A stretch of DNA of 64,000 bases. Origin: Burkholderiales bacterium. GTDB taxonomy: Bacteria; Pseudomonadota; Gammaproteobacteria; Burkholderiales; Burkholderiaceae_C. Below the pieces are notes generated by a model, which made no database searches, had not been told where the DNA came from, and was given only the letters and a program-made list of their open reading frames with translations. The stretch lies in assembly GCA_038234975.1 (NCBI GenBank), contig JBBSUK010000003.1, forward strand, positions 1,678-65,677. The letters are read 5' to 3'. Of the stretch, positions 18,978-30,036 are shown piece after piece (within the stretch, counting starts at the first letter, position 1; every line of letters begins with the position of its first letter). The position numbers and the translations under genes are program-made.

Positions 18978-20714
18978 TCAGACGGTGCGGACCTTGACCG
19001 TCGCGTGCTCGTTGATGCCCATCGCGCCGAAGAAGAGCGCCACCATGCGATGCGCGTCGAGGAAGGTCACGGTGCGGTTCTCGCCGCGCTTGGCGAGGAC
19101 CCAGTTGAGCAGGTCGCCCGCGGCGATGAAGTCGACCCGGATGAGCCGCGCGCACGACACGTTGGCGATGGTCGCCCGGCCGAGCTCGGCGTCCATCTTG
19201 GCGAGCGTCGCGGCGATGTCGCCGACGAGCTGGCCCGACAAGTCGACCGTCGAGACCTGCACCGCTCCCGAATCGTCGTTGAGCTGCGATTCGTGAAAGC
19301 TGGTCGACGCGTCGCTCACGAGCGACAGCGGCGGGACGGTCGTGCCGGCGCCGGAGCCGGAGCCGCTGACGCGCACCACGCAGCGGGCCGGCTCCCACGA
19401 CGGTGGCGACACCTCGTAGGTCACGCAGTAGTCGATTGCCGCCTCGTCGAACTGGTCGGGCCGGTTGGCCATCCGCAACGCGTCGAGGCGCAGCTGCCAG
19501 TACGCCGGATCGGCGTCGCGCACGCCGGTGGGCGCCGCTTCCTGCAGCACGGCCAGCAGCCGGTCGCCGTCGAGCCAGCGCATGTCGAGGTCCTGCGGCA
19601 TCCAGCTTCGGAAAAGCTCGGAGAGCCGGTCGCAGCCCTCGGCGTCGATCGTCTGCAGGGGCGACCAGTCGAACACCCAGGGCAGCGGCATCTGCAGCGC
19701 CAGCGACGCGAGCCGGGCCACGCCGTCGGCGTCGACATGGGCGTCGCAGACCCAGCCGACCTGACCGTCGATGCGTGGCGTCGGCTCGCGCTCCTCGCTG
19801 CTCGCCGCCTCCGCGACGAGCCTGGGCAACGAGAACCACTGCGGCGCCGACCAGCCGAACTGCTGGGCGTAATCGAGCGCCAGGCTCTCGAACTTGTGCT
19901 GCTGGCCGATCGCGCGGTAGAGATCGAACAGCACCAGCCACGTTTCTGCGTGCTGGGCGCGGCTGCCGCCGAGGCCGGTCAGCGACGACAGGGCCTGTTC
20001 GCACTGCTCGAAGTCGGCGTTGGCGAAGGCGATCACGGCCTCGTCGAGGTCGGGGTCGTGCTGGACCTCGGTCGAGGCCGAGGAGCCGAATGCCTTGCCG
20101 AACTCGCTCGCCGGCGCGAGGTCGAGGCTGATGGGCGCCATGGAGCCCGCGCGCGGCTCGGCCGGCGCGGGCGGCGCGGGCAGCGGCGCGGCGGCAGGCG
20201 CCGCGGGCACCGGCGCGAACTCGAATGCCTCGCCTCGACCGACCCGTGTCGCGGCAGGCGAGCTCTGCTGCTTGGCCAGCCCGTCGATCGGCACCGGTTG
20301 CGTCGGCGCGTTGTAGAACTCGGGAGCGCGGGTGCGCTGCGTGTTCGCGTACGTGTCGCCGACCATCTGCTGCTCGATCTCGTCGATCTTCGCCTTCACG
20401 CCGGCGTCCTGGCGGGCCGGCGGATCGGCGTTGCGCGGCACCGAATCGTCGATGCGCGACGAACTGCCGAGCGCTGCGAGCTGCTCGCCGGTGAGGCCTT
20501 CGCGGCGCACCTTGCGCAGCATGTCGAATTCGCGCTTGCGGACGAAGTCGTTGCGGCGCTTGCGCTCGATCATCGCCTTGAGCTCGCCCTTGGCGTAGTC
20601 GCTCTCGCGCGTGTCCTCGAGCGGCGCGTCGAGGTCGGTCCATTCCGTCGTCGGGTTGGCCACGAAGCGGACCACCTTCCGGAAGAAACTCGTTGTGTCC
20701 TTTGATTCCGCCAT
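18978..20714 (-). CDS. Conserved protein with a C-terminal STAS-like domain
   Basis: 578 aa. C-terminal VSCARLIRVDFIAAGDLLNW is STAS-like, and there is a helical middle region. Located between dksA and hslV. Confidence 0.75.
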   Translation of the reverse strand: MAESKDTTSFFRKVVRFVANPTTEWTDLDAPLEDTRESDYAKGELKAMIERKRRNDFVRKREFDMLRKVRREGLTGEQLAALGSSSRIDDSVPRNADPPARQDAGVKAKIDEIEQQMVGDTYANTQRTRAPEFYNAPTQPVPIDGLAKQQSSPAATRVGRGEAFEFAPVPAAPAAAPLPAPPAPAEPRAGSMAPISLDLAPASEFGKAFGSSASTEVQHDPDLDEAVIAFANADFEQCEQALSSLTGLGGSRAQHAETWLVLFDLYRAIGQQHKFESLALDYAQQFGWSAPQWFSLPRLVAEAASSEEREPTPRIDGQVGWVCDAHVDADGVARLASLALQMPLPWVFDWSPLQTIDAEGCDRLSELFRSWMPQDLDMRWLDGDRLLAVLQEAAPTGVRDADPAYWQLRLDALRMANRPDQFDEAAIDYCVTYEVSPPSWEPARCVVRVSGSGSGAGTTVPPLSLVSDASTSFHESQLNDDSGAVQVSTVDLSGQLVGDIAATLAKMDAELGRATIANVSCARLIRVDFIAAGDLLNWVLAKRGENRTVTFLDAHRMVALFFGAMGINEHATVKVRTV

Positions 20715-20776
20715 CGGGGCCTGTCGAACGGGCCGCCGGAGGGCCGGCGGTGAAGGCGGCGAAACGCTGGTGAGAG

Positions 20777-21721
20777 CTAGTCGCCGAACATCTTCTGCTT
20801 CAGCTCGCGCCGCTGCTGCGCTTCGAGCGACAGTGTAGCGGTCGGTCGGGCAATGAGACGCCCCAGGCCGATGGGTTCGCCGGTTTCGTCACAGAAACCG
20901 TACTCGCCGGACTCGACCCTTCCGAGCGACTGCGAGATCTTCTTCAGCAGCTTGCGCTCACGGTCGCGCGTTCGCAGCTCGAGGGCGTGCTCTTCCTCGA
21001 TCGTCGCCCGGTCGGCCGGGTCGGGAACGATCGACGTGTCCTCGCGCAGGTGCTCGGTCGTCTCGCCGGCATTGCTGAGGAGGTCGTTCTTCAGCCCCTG
21101 CAGCTTGAGCTTGAAGAACTCGAGCTGCTTTTCGTTCATGTACTCCGCTTCGGGCATCGCGAGCACCTCGTCGTCGGAGAGGTCGCGGCCGGCCTTGCTC
21201 TTCCACGCATTGGCCAGCTTCGGGTCCGACTTGTGCTTCTGACGGGTGATCTCGTGTTCCTGCTGGTTCATCTGCCGGGTGGGAGGCCGCGGGGGCGCGA
21301 ACCGGTCGGCGAACCGCGACGTGGGCGGCGGAAGCGGCGCCTGGACCGGCGCCACGAAGTACTTCGGGGTGCCCTTGCCCTTGCGTGGCACGACGCCCGG
21401 CGGCATCGCGGGCGGCAGGGCCGGGACGGGCGCCGCGACCTTGGCGACGGCCGGTGCCGGTGCCGGCGCCGACGACGGCGCTGCCTGGGATGCCTTGCCG
21501 GTCGGCTTCGCGCCGGGCGCGCCGGCCTTCACGGCGGGGGCAGCCTTGCCCGTCGCCTTGGCCGGCCCGGCGGGTTTCGCCGGTTTCGCCGGTTTCGCCG
21601 GTTTCGCGGGCGCCGCGGCCGTGGCGGTCTTCGGTGCCGTCGCCGCCTTCCCAGCCACCGCCTTCGCCTTTTTCGCGGGGGCTGCCTTCGATGCTGTCTT
21701 CTTGCCGGCCGATGTGCTCAC
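20777..21721 (-). CDS. dksA: RNA polymerase-binding factor DksA with a long Ala/Lys/Pro-rich N-terminus
   Basis: PDPADRATIEEE tip, RTRDRERKLLKKI, YGFCDETGEPIG...RP.ATL. Confidence 0.95.
   Translation of the reverse strand: MSTSAGKKTASKAAPAKKAKAVAGKAATAPKTATAAAPAKPAKPAKPAKPAGPAKATGKAAPAVKAGAPGAKPTGKASQAAPSSAPAPAPAVAKVAAPVPALPPAMPPGVVPRKGKGTPKYFVAPVQAPLPPPTSRFADRFAPPRPPTRQMNQQEHEITRQKHKSDPKLANAWKSKAGRDLSDDEVLAMPEAEYMNEKQLEFFKLKLQGLKNDLLSNAGETTEHLREDTSIVPDPADRATIEEEHALELRTRDRERKLLKKISQSLGRVESGEYGFCDETGEPIGLGRLIARPTATLSLEAQQRRELKQKMFGD
21573..21608. repeat. 9-bp tandem repeat (GGTTTCGCC, 4 copies, last with one mismatch) encoding (AKP)n in dksA
   Basis: Read directly from the sequence. Confidence 0.9.
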
Positions 21722-21845
21722 GACGGTTTCCTCTGCTCGCCGACGGAACTCCGTCGGCCTGGAGCGACCTGTTCGTCGGGGCCCTTTCGGCCGGCGCGGA
21801 TTGTAGTCACCAGGCGTGTGTTCCTGCCGCGGCGTGTGAAAAGGC

Positions 21846-22895
21846 TCAGGCGAGGCACTGCTGCAGCCCCTGCTCGAGGATCTCGCGCGGCAGCTCGATG
21901 CCGATGAAGACGAGCTTGCTCGTCTTCTTCTCGCCTGCCGCCCATTTCGGGCCGAGGTCGGAGCCCATCAGCTGGTGCACGCCCTGGAAGATCACCTTGC
22001 GGTCAGAGCCCTTCATGTTCAGCACGCCCTTGTAGCGCAGCATGTTCGGGCCGTACACCTGGACGATCGAGCCGAGGAAATCCTCGAGCTTGCCCGGATC
22101 GAACGGCTTCTCGGCGCGGAAGACGAACGACTTCACGTCGTCGTCGTGGGCGTGGTGGTGCGGGTGGTCGCAGTGCTCGCCGGGCGCGTGGTCGTGGCCT
22201 TGGTGGTCGTGATCGTGATCGCCGTTCCCGTGATCGACCTCCTTGAGGAAGTCGGGGTCGATCTCGAGCTTGGCGTTGAGGTTGAAACCCTTCAGGTCGA
22301 ACACGTCGGCGATCGGCACCTCGCCGAAATGCACCTTGGTCTGCTTCGCCCGCGGGTTCATGTGCTTGACGCGGTGAATCAGCGCCTCGACGGTCTCGTC
22401 GTCCACGAGATCGGTCTTGCTGATGAAGATCTGGTCGGCGAAACCGATCTGCTTGCGCGCCTCCTGCCGGGTGTCCAGCGTCTCGTCGGCGTGCTTGGCA
22501 TCGACGAGCGTGAGCACCGAGTCGAGCAGGTAGCTCTCGGCGATCTCGTCGTCCATGAAGAACGTCTGCGCGACCGGGCCGGGGTCGGCCAAACCCGTGG
22601 TCTCGATGACGACGCGCTCGAAGTCGAGCTCGCCCTTGCGCTTTCGCTCGGCCAGGTCGGCGAGCGTGGAGCGCAGATCCTCGCGGATCGTGCAGCACAC
22701 GCAGCCGTTGTTGAGCTGGACGATCTGCTCCTTGGAATCCTGCACGAGGATCTCGTTGTCGATGTTCTCCTCGCCGAACTCGTTCTCGATGACGGCGATC
22801 TTCTGGCCGTGCGCCTCGGTCAGCACGCGCTTGAGCAGCGTCGTCTTTCCGGAGCCGAGGAAGCCGGTGAGGATGGTGGCAGGGATGAGGGCCAT
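21846..22895 (-). CDS. COG0523/CobW-family GTPase (putative metallochaperone)
   Basis: GFLGSGKTT, ENEFG, GCVCC, ETTGLADP and a His-rich insert. Confidence 0.93.
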   Translation of the reverse strand: MALIPATILTGFLGSGKTTLLKRVLTEAHGQKIAVIENEFGEENIDNEILVQDSKEQIVQLNNGCVCCTIREDLRSTLADLAERKRKGELDFERVVIETTGLADPGPVAQTFFMDDEIAESYLLDSVLTLVDAKHADETLDTRQEARKQIGFADQIFISKTDLVDDETVEALIHRVKHMNPRAKQTKVHFGEVPIADVFDLKGFNLNAKLEIDPDFLKEVDHGNGDHDHDHQGHDHAPGEHCDHPHHHAHDDDVKSFVFRAEKPFDPGKLEDFLGSIVQVYGPNMLRYKGVLNMKGSDRKVIFQGVHQLMGSDLGPKWAAGEKKTSKLVFIGIELPREILEQGLQQCLA

Positions 22896-23063
22896 GGCGC
22901 GCTTTCGGTCTGGGGTTCTGCACGGCTGCAGCCGTGGCCGAATCAATTGATGACGAACCGGCAACCTTTCAAGGTAGCAGACGTGTCAAGTGGCGGCGCC
23001 GGTCGCCGGCCTGCGGGCGCGGTCGCTTCGGGTAAGCTCGTCGCAGCGCCACGCGCCCACGCC

Positions 23064-23993
23064 ATGTCAGAACCTCCAGCTGCACGATCATCGCGCGTCG
23101 GCGATGCCCGATCGTCGCGCAGCGGCGAAAGGCCCGCCCAACCGGCTGCCGCCGAGAAGAAAAACCTGTTCCAGAAGCTCGTCGAGTTCGTCGCGCCCGG
23201 GCCCGAGACGCGCCACCTGCTCATGGAGCAGCTCGCCGACGCCGAGCAGAAGGAGCTGATCGAGCCCGAGAGCCGGATGATGCTCGAGGGCGTGCTGCGC
23301 ATGGCCGACATGACCGCCGGCGACGTCATGGTCGCCAGCCGCCACATGGACCTGCTCGACATCGACGCGCCGTACGACGCGATGCTGCAGACCGTCATCA
23401 AGACGGCCCATTCGCGCTTCCCGGTCTACGAAGACAAGCGCGACAACATCATCGGCATCCTGCTCGCCAAGGACCTGCTGAAGCTGCAGCGCTGGCCCGA
23501 GCTCAAGGTCCGTGCGCTGTTGCGGCCGGCGTCGTTCGTTCCGGAGTCGAAGTCGCTCAACGAGCTGCTGCGCGAGTTCCGCTCGAGCCGCAACCACCTC
23601 GCCGTCGTCATCGACGAGTTCGGCAGCACCGCCGGCCTCATCACCATCGAGGACGTGCTCGAGGAGATCGTCGGCGAGATCGAGGACGAATTCGACGAGA
23701 AGCAGAAGGAAGGCGAAACCGGCATCTACACCCTGGCCGACGGCAGCCAGCGTGTGGCGGGCGACACGCCGGTCGAGGCGGTCAAGGTGTTCTACGACGT
23801 CGAGCTGCCGACCGACACGTTCGACACCATCGGCGGTCTCGTCGCCCACGAGGCCGGCCGGGTGCCGAGCCGCGGCGAGTCGGTGACCACGTTCGGGCTG
23901 GTGTTTTCGGTGATGCTCGCGCGCGGCGGCGCCGTCCGCTGGTTCAAGGTGACACGCGCGGCCGAGGAAGCGCTCGGGTCCGACGGCGCTTGA
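23064..23993 (+). CDS. corC: CBS-pair Mg/Co transport-associated protein
   Basis: HSRFPVY, GILLAKDLL, VIDEFG..AGLITIEDVLEEIVGEIEDE, DTIGGLV. Confidence 0.9.
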   Translation: MSEPPAARSSRVGDARSSRSGERPAQPAAAEKKNLFQKLVEFVAPGPETRHLLMEQLADAEQKELIEPESRMMLEGVLRMADMTAGDVMVASRHMDLLDIDAPYDAMLQTVIKTAHSRFPVYEDKRDNIIGILLAKDLLKLQRWPELKVRALLRPASFVPESKSLNELLREFRSSRNHLAVVIDEFGSTAGLITIEDVLEEIVGEIEDEFDEKQKEGETGIYTLADGSQRVAGDTPVEAVKVFYDVELPTDTFDTIGGLVAHEAGRVPSRGESVTTFGLVFSVMLARGGAVRWFKVTRAAEEALGSDGA

Positions 23994-25576
23994 GCCTCGT
24001 CGACGACACCGGCGGGCGTCGATCAGCGGTGCTTCGGGAGCCAGGCGCCCGCACGCTGCCGTGGCCCGTCGACATCGCGGTGGTGGGCCTGGCGGGCGCG
24101 GTTCAGACCGTGGCTTACGTCCATACCGCCTGGTGGCCGCTGCAGCTGTTCGCGCTCGCGCTGCTGGCGTGGCGGGTTCGCGCCGCGTCGCCCGGTCGCG
24201 CAGCGGCGCTCGGCTTCGTCTTCGGCTGCGCGTGGCTGTGCGCCGGCGTGTGGTGGCTCTACGTGAGCCTGCACCGCTACGGCGGATTGCCGGCGTGGAT
24301 GGCCGCGCTCGCCGTGTTCGCGCTGGCGAGTTTCCTCTCGCTCTACCTCGCCGCGGCGATGGCGCTCGCAGCTCGATGCAGGCCGGGGAACACGCTGGCC
24401 TACGCCGCCGTGTTCGCTGCCGCGTTCGTGCTCGCCGAGCTGGCACGCGGCGTGATCTTCACCGGATTTCCATGGGTCGCTGCGGGTTATGCGCACGTCG
24501 ACTCGCCGCTCGGTGGCTGGGCGCCGTGGATCGGCGTCTACGGCATCGGCGCGCTCGTGGCGTTCGTCGGCGGCGCGATCGCCGGCGCGATCGGCGGCGC
24601 CCGCCTGCGCTCGCCCAGGGGCTGGCTCGCGTCGGGCCTGGCGGCGATCGTCGTCGTGCTCGGCGGCGCCGTCGCCGGCAGCGCCGCGTTCACGAAGCCG
24701 ACGTCGACGCTCACCGTCACGCTGCTCCAGGGAAACATTCCCCAGAACGAGAAGTTCGAGGCGCGGTTCATCGACGATGCGCTCGCGCTGCTCGCCTCGC
24801 AGCTCGAACGGTCGAAAGGACAGCTCGTCGTCGGCCCCGAAACGGTGATCCCGCGGCTGCCGGCGCAGCTCGACCCGGCCTGGTGGGGGACCGTGCTCGC
24901 GCACTTTCGCGCCGGCCGGCAGTCGGCGCTGCTCGGCTTGCCGCTCGGCGACGAGACGCTCGGCTACACCAACTCGGTGGCGGGCATCTCGGCGGCGAAC
25001 GCATCGGCGCCCGACGGCTTCTACCGCTACGACAAGCACCACCTCGTGCCGTTCGGCGAATTCATCCCGACCGGCTTTCGCTGGTTCACCGAGCTGATGC
25101 ACATTCCCCTCGGCGATTTCAACCGCGGCCCGCTGGTCGCGCCGTCGTTTGTCGTCGGCGTCGAGCGAGTCGCCCCGAACATCTGCTACGAGGACCTGTT
25201 CGGCGAGGAGCTCGCGGCGCGCTTCTCCGATCCGGCGGCCGCGCCGACGATCCTCGCCAACGTGTCGAACATCGGCTGGTTCGGCGAGACGATCGCGGTG
25301 CCGCAGCACCTGCAGATCTCGCGCATGCGAACGCTGGAGCTGCAGCGGCCGATGCTGCGCGCCACGAACACCGGCACGACGGCGGTGATCGACCACCGCG
25401 GCGTCGTCACCGCCGCGCTGCCACCGTTCACCCGTGGCACGCTGGACGCGACCGTCGAGGGCCGCAGCGGCGTCACGCCGTACACGTGGTGGGCGGCTCG
25501 CTTCGGCCTGTGGCCGCTCGCGCTCGCCGCCTTCGCGGTGCTCGTGCGGGCCTGGGCGCGCAGACCCCGTCCCTAG
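23990..25576 (+). CDS. lnt: Apolipoprotein N-acyltransferase
   Basis: Multiple TM helices, GFPW, LLQGNIPQ, PE, YDKHHLVPFGE, NICYEDLF, RATNTG. Confidence 0.95.
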   Translation: MSLVDDTGGRRSAVLREPGARTLPWPVDIAVVGLAGAVQTVAYVHTAWWPLQLFALALLAWRVRAASPGRAAALGFVFGCAWLCAGVWWLYVSLHRYGGLPAWMAALAVFALASFLSLYLAAAMALAARCRPGNTLAYAAVFAAAFVLAELARGVIFTGFPWVAAGYAHVDSPLGGWAPWIGVYGIGALVAFVGGAIAGAIGGARLRSPRGWLASGLAAIVVVLGGAVAGSAAFTKPTSTLTVTLLQGNIPQNEKFEARFIDDALALLASQLERSKGQLVVGPETVIPRLPAQLDPAWWGTVLAHFRAGRQSALLGLPLGDETLGYTNSVAGISAANASAPDGFYRYDKHHLVPFGEFIPTGFRWFTELMHIPLGDFNRGPLVAPSFVVGVERVAPNICYEDLFGEELAARFSDPAAAPTILANVSNIGWFGETIAVPQHLQISRMRTLELQRPMLRATNTGTTAVIDHRGVVTAALPPFTRGTLDATVEGRSGVTPYTWWAARFGLWPLALAAFAVLVRAWARRPRP

Positions 25577-25600
25577 AATCGCGCGGCTTTCCCATTCGAC

Positions 25601-26532
<932 letters not shown>

Positions 26533-26536
<4 letters not shown>

Positions 26537-28632
26537 GCAGTCGCCATACCCTCCTCGTCGAGCTGTTCGTCGAGGAGCTGCCGCCGAAGTCGCTCGCCAA
26601 GCTCGGGGCGGCGTTCGCGTCGGGCATCGTCGACTCGCTGCGGGCGCAGGGGCTCGCATCGGCGGAGGCCGCAGTCACGCCGTACGCGACGCCGCGCCGG
26701 CTCGCGGTCTCGATCGACCAGGTGGCATCACGGGCCACCGACCGTGCTGTGTCGATCAAGCTGATGCCGGCGAGCGTGGGTCTCACGGCGAACGGCGAAG
26801 CGACGCCGGCGCTGCTGAAGAAGCTCGCTGCGGTGGGCGCCGATGCGTCCGTGCTTCCCGAGCTGCAGCGGCGCGCCGACGGCAAGGCCGAATCGCTCTT
26901 CCTCGACACGGTGGCGCCCGGCGCGGCTCTCGCCGACGGCCTGCAGCGCGCGCTCGACGCCGCGATCGCCGCCCTGCCGATCGCCAAGGTGATGCAGTAC
27001 CAGCTCGCCGACGGCTGGACGAGCGTGAGCTTCGTCCGCCCGGCGCACGGGCTCGTCGCGCTGCACGGCGCCGATGTCGTGCCGGTGCGTGCGCTCGGGC
27101 TGGACGCCGGCCGCGTCACGCGCGGGCACCGCTTCGAGGGCAGCCGCGAGCCGATCGTGCTCGTCGAGGCGTCGCACTACGCGGATCGGCTCGAGCGCGA
27201 AGGCGCGGTGATCGCGTCGTTCGAGACGCGACGCGATCGGGTCGCGAAGCAGCTCGCGGCGGCGGCGGCGGCGTGCGGCCTGCGCGTGCTCGACGACGCC
27301 GACCTGCTCGACGAGGTCACCGCGCTCGTCGAGCAGCCCAACGTCGTCGCCTGCGCGTTCGACGCGTCGTTCCTCGCCGTGCCCCCCGAGTGCCTGATCC
27401 TGACGATGAGGGCCAACCAGAAATACTTTCCGCTCGTCGACGCGTCCGGCGCGCTGACCGAGCGCTTCCTCGTCGTGGCGAACGTGTCGCCGGCCGACCC
27501 GAGGGCGGTGATCGAAGGCAACGAGCGCGTCGTTCGCCCCCGCCTGGCCGATGCGAAGTTCTTCTTCGACCAGGATCGCAGGCGCACGCTGGTGTCGCGC
27601 GTGCCCGAGCTCGACCGCGTGGTCTACCACGCCAGGCTCGGCAGCCAGGGCGACCGGGTGCGGCGCCTGCGCCGCATCGCGCGATGGGTCGCCGACGAGA
27701 TCGGTGCCGACGTCGACCTGGCCGATCGCGCCGCCGAGCTCGCCAAGGCCGACCTGCTGACCGACATGGTCGGCGAGTTCCCGGAGCTGCAGGGCGTGAT
27801 GGGGGGCTACTACGCGGCGCACGATGGCGAGCACGGCACCGTGGCAGCGGCGATCCGCGGCCAGTACATCCACCGCGCCGGCGAAGGCGAGGCCGGCGGC
27901 AACCCGGTCGGCACGGCGCTCGTCATCGCCGATCGCGCCGAGGCGCTGGTCGGCATCTGGGGCAGCGGCTCGAAGCCGACCGGCGAGAAGGACCCGTTCG
28001 CGTTGCGCCGCAGCGCGCTCACCCTGGTGCGCGCGTTCGAGACGAGCGGCGGCGCGCTCGACCTTCGCGCGCTGATCTGGTTCGCTGCGTCGACGTTCGA
28101 GCCTGGCGTCATCACCGACAGCGCGCTCGGCGAGATCGAGGACTTCGTCTACGAGCGCTACGCCAACCTGCTCGCGGCGACGTACGATGCACGCGCCGTC
28201 GACGCGGTGCTGTCGATGCGGCCGCCGCTCGGCGACGTCGCCCGGCGGCTGCACGCCGTCGCCGACTTCCAGCGGCTCGACGAGTCGGTGGCGCTGGCCG
28301 CCGCGAACAAGCGGGTCGGCAACATCCTGCGCAAGGCCGACGCGGCGGTGCCGGCGACGGTCGACGCGTCGCTTCTGGTCGAGCCCGCGGAGGCGGCGCT
28401 GCACGGCGCGCTTGGAAAGGTCGCGCCGGTCGCCGACGCGCGCTACGCCGACGGTGCCTACGTCGACTCGCTGCGGGCGCTCGCTGCGCTGCGCGGCCCT
28501 GTCGATGCGTTCTTCGAGGGCGTCATGGTCAACGCCGACGACGCTGCGCTGCGCGCCAACCGCCTGGCGCTGCTGGCACGGCTGCACGCGGCGATGAATC
28601 GCATCGCCGACTTGTCCCGGCTGGCCGCCTGA
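26533..28632 (+). CDS. glyS: Glycine-tRNA ligase beta subunit
   Basis: [30 protein letters not shown] variant, [17 protein letters not shown]. Confidence 0.95.
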
Positions 28633-28642
28633 GTCGACCACG

Positions 28643-29251
28643 ATGAAGCTCGTCATCCTCGACCGCGACGGCACGATCAACGAGGATCGCGACGACTACG
28701 TCAAGACCGCCGAGGAGTGGGTGGCGGTGCCCGGCGCGCTCGAGGCGATCGCGCGGCTCAACCATGCCGGCTGGCACACCGTGATCGCGACCAACCAGTC
28801 GGGGCTGGCGCGCGGCCTCTTCGACATGGAAGCGCTGACGGCGATCCACGCCCGCATGAACCGCGAGCTGGCGATGGTCGGCGGCCGGATCGACGCCGTC
28901 TTCTTCTGCCCGCACGCGCCCGGCGACGGTTGCCGCTGCCGCAAGCCCTTGCCGGGCCTGTTCGAGACGATCGCCGAGCGCTACGGAAGCGACCTCGCCG
29001 ATGCCCACCTCGTCGGCGACTCGCTGCGCGACCTGCAGGCCGGCGCCGCGGTCGGCTGCCACACCCACTTCGTTCGCAGCGGCAAGGCGGCGCGGCTCGA
29101 CGACGCCGAGGTCGCCGCGGTGCTCGCCCTCGTTCCCGGCGCGCGGGCCCACCGCGGCCTTGCCGCCTTCGCGCAGGAACTGCTGCACGACGAGCGGCGC
29201 GACCGGGGCTTGCCAGCGGGCGAGGACTCGGCTTTCGGAGCGCTCGCATGA
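28643..29251 (+). CDS. gmhB: D-glycero-beta-D-manno-heptose 1,7-bisphosphate phosphatase
   Basis: LDRDGTIN, ATNQSG, CPH...C.CRKP, VGDSLRDL. Confidence 0.92.
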   Translation: MKLVILDRDGTINEDRDDYVKTAEEWVAVPGALEAIARLNHAGWHTVIATNQSGLARGLFDMEALTAIHARMNRELAMVGGRIDAVFFCPHAPGDGCRCRKPLPGLFETIAERYGSDLADAHLVGDSLRDLQAGAAVGCHTHFVRSGKAARLDDAEVAAVLALVPGARAHRGLAAFAQELLHDERRDRGLPAGEDSAFGALA

Positions 29252-30036
29252 GCCGTGCGCTCGCCGTCGTGCGCTCGACGCTGTACGTTGTCTTCCTCGC
29301 CGCGACGGTCGCGCCGTGGGGCACGGCGGCCGTGCTCTATTCGGTGTTCGTGCGCGGCGAGCGGCTGTACTGGATGTGCGCCGGCTGGCTGCGCGTGTCG
29401 GTCTGGGGCGCACGCGTGATCTGCGGCGTTCGCCACCGCATCCACGGCTGGGAGCATGTTCCCGATTCGCCGGTGGTCCTGCTGTCGAAGCACCAGTCGA
29501 CGTGGGAGACGCTGGCCTATCCCACGCTGATGCCGCACCCGCTGTGCTACGTCTTCAAGCGCGAGCTCCTCTACATCCCGTTCTTCGGCTGGGCGATGGC
29601 GCGAATGGACTTGATCCACATCGACCGCAGCCGCCGCACGGAAGCCTGGAACAAGGTGGCCGAGCAGGGTCGCAAGTACATGGCGCAGGGCAACTGGGTG
29701 ATCATGTTTCCCGAAGGCACGCGCACCGCACGTGGCAGCCAGGGAACCTACAAGAACGGTGGCACGCGGCTCGCCGTGCAGACCGGCCGGCCGGTGCTGC
29801 CGGTGGCCGTGACATCTGCGCGCTGCTGGCCGAAGAAGAGTTTCGTGCTCATCCCCGGGACCATCGACATCTCGATCGGCCGGCCGATCGACTCCGCCGG
29901 CCGCGACGCCGACTCGCTGATGCGCGAAGTCGAGACCTGGATCGAGGCGGAGATGCGGCGCCTCGATCCGCTGGCCTACGCGGCGGCCGCCGAGGCGAGG
30001 ACGGGCGAAGGCGCGGCCGGAGCGGGAGCGGCGTGA
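29248..30036 (+). CDS. plsC: 1-acyl-sn-glycerol-3-phosphate acyltransferase
   Basis: KHQSTWET (HX4D-like), FKREL, FPEGTR. Confidence 0.88.
   Translation: MSRALAVVRSTLYVVFLAATVAPWGTAAVLYSVFVRGERLYWMCAGWLRVSVWGARVICGVRHRIHGWEHVPDSPVVLLSKHQSTWETLAYPTLMPHPLCYVFKRELLYIPFFGWAMARMDLIHIDRSRRTEAWNKVAEQGRKYMAQGNWVIMFPEGTRTARGSQGTYKNGGTRLAVQTGRPVLPVAVTSARCWPKKSFVLIPGTIDISIGRPIDSAGRDADSLMREVETWIEAEMRRLDPLAYAAAAEARTGEGAAGAGAA

Noticed and set aside
22942-22951. Palindrome ATCAATTGAT upstream of the COG0523 gene, considered as a Zur/Fur box
   Set aside because: Too short and does not match Zur or Fur consensus sequences.
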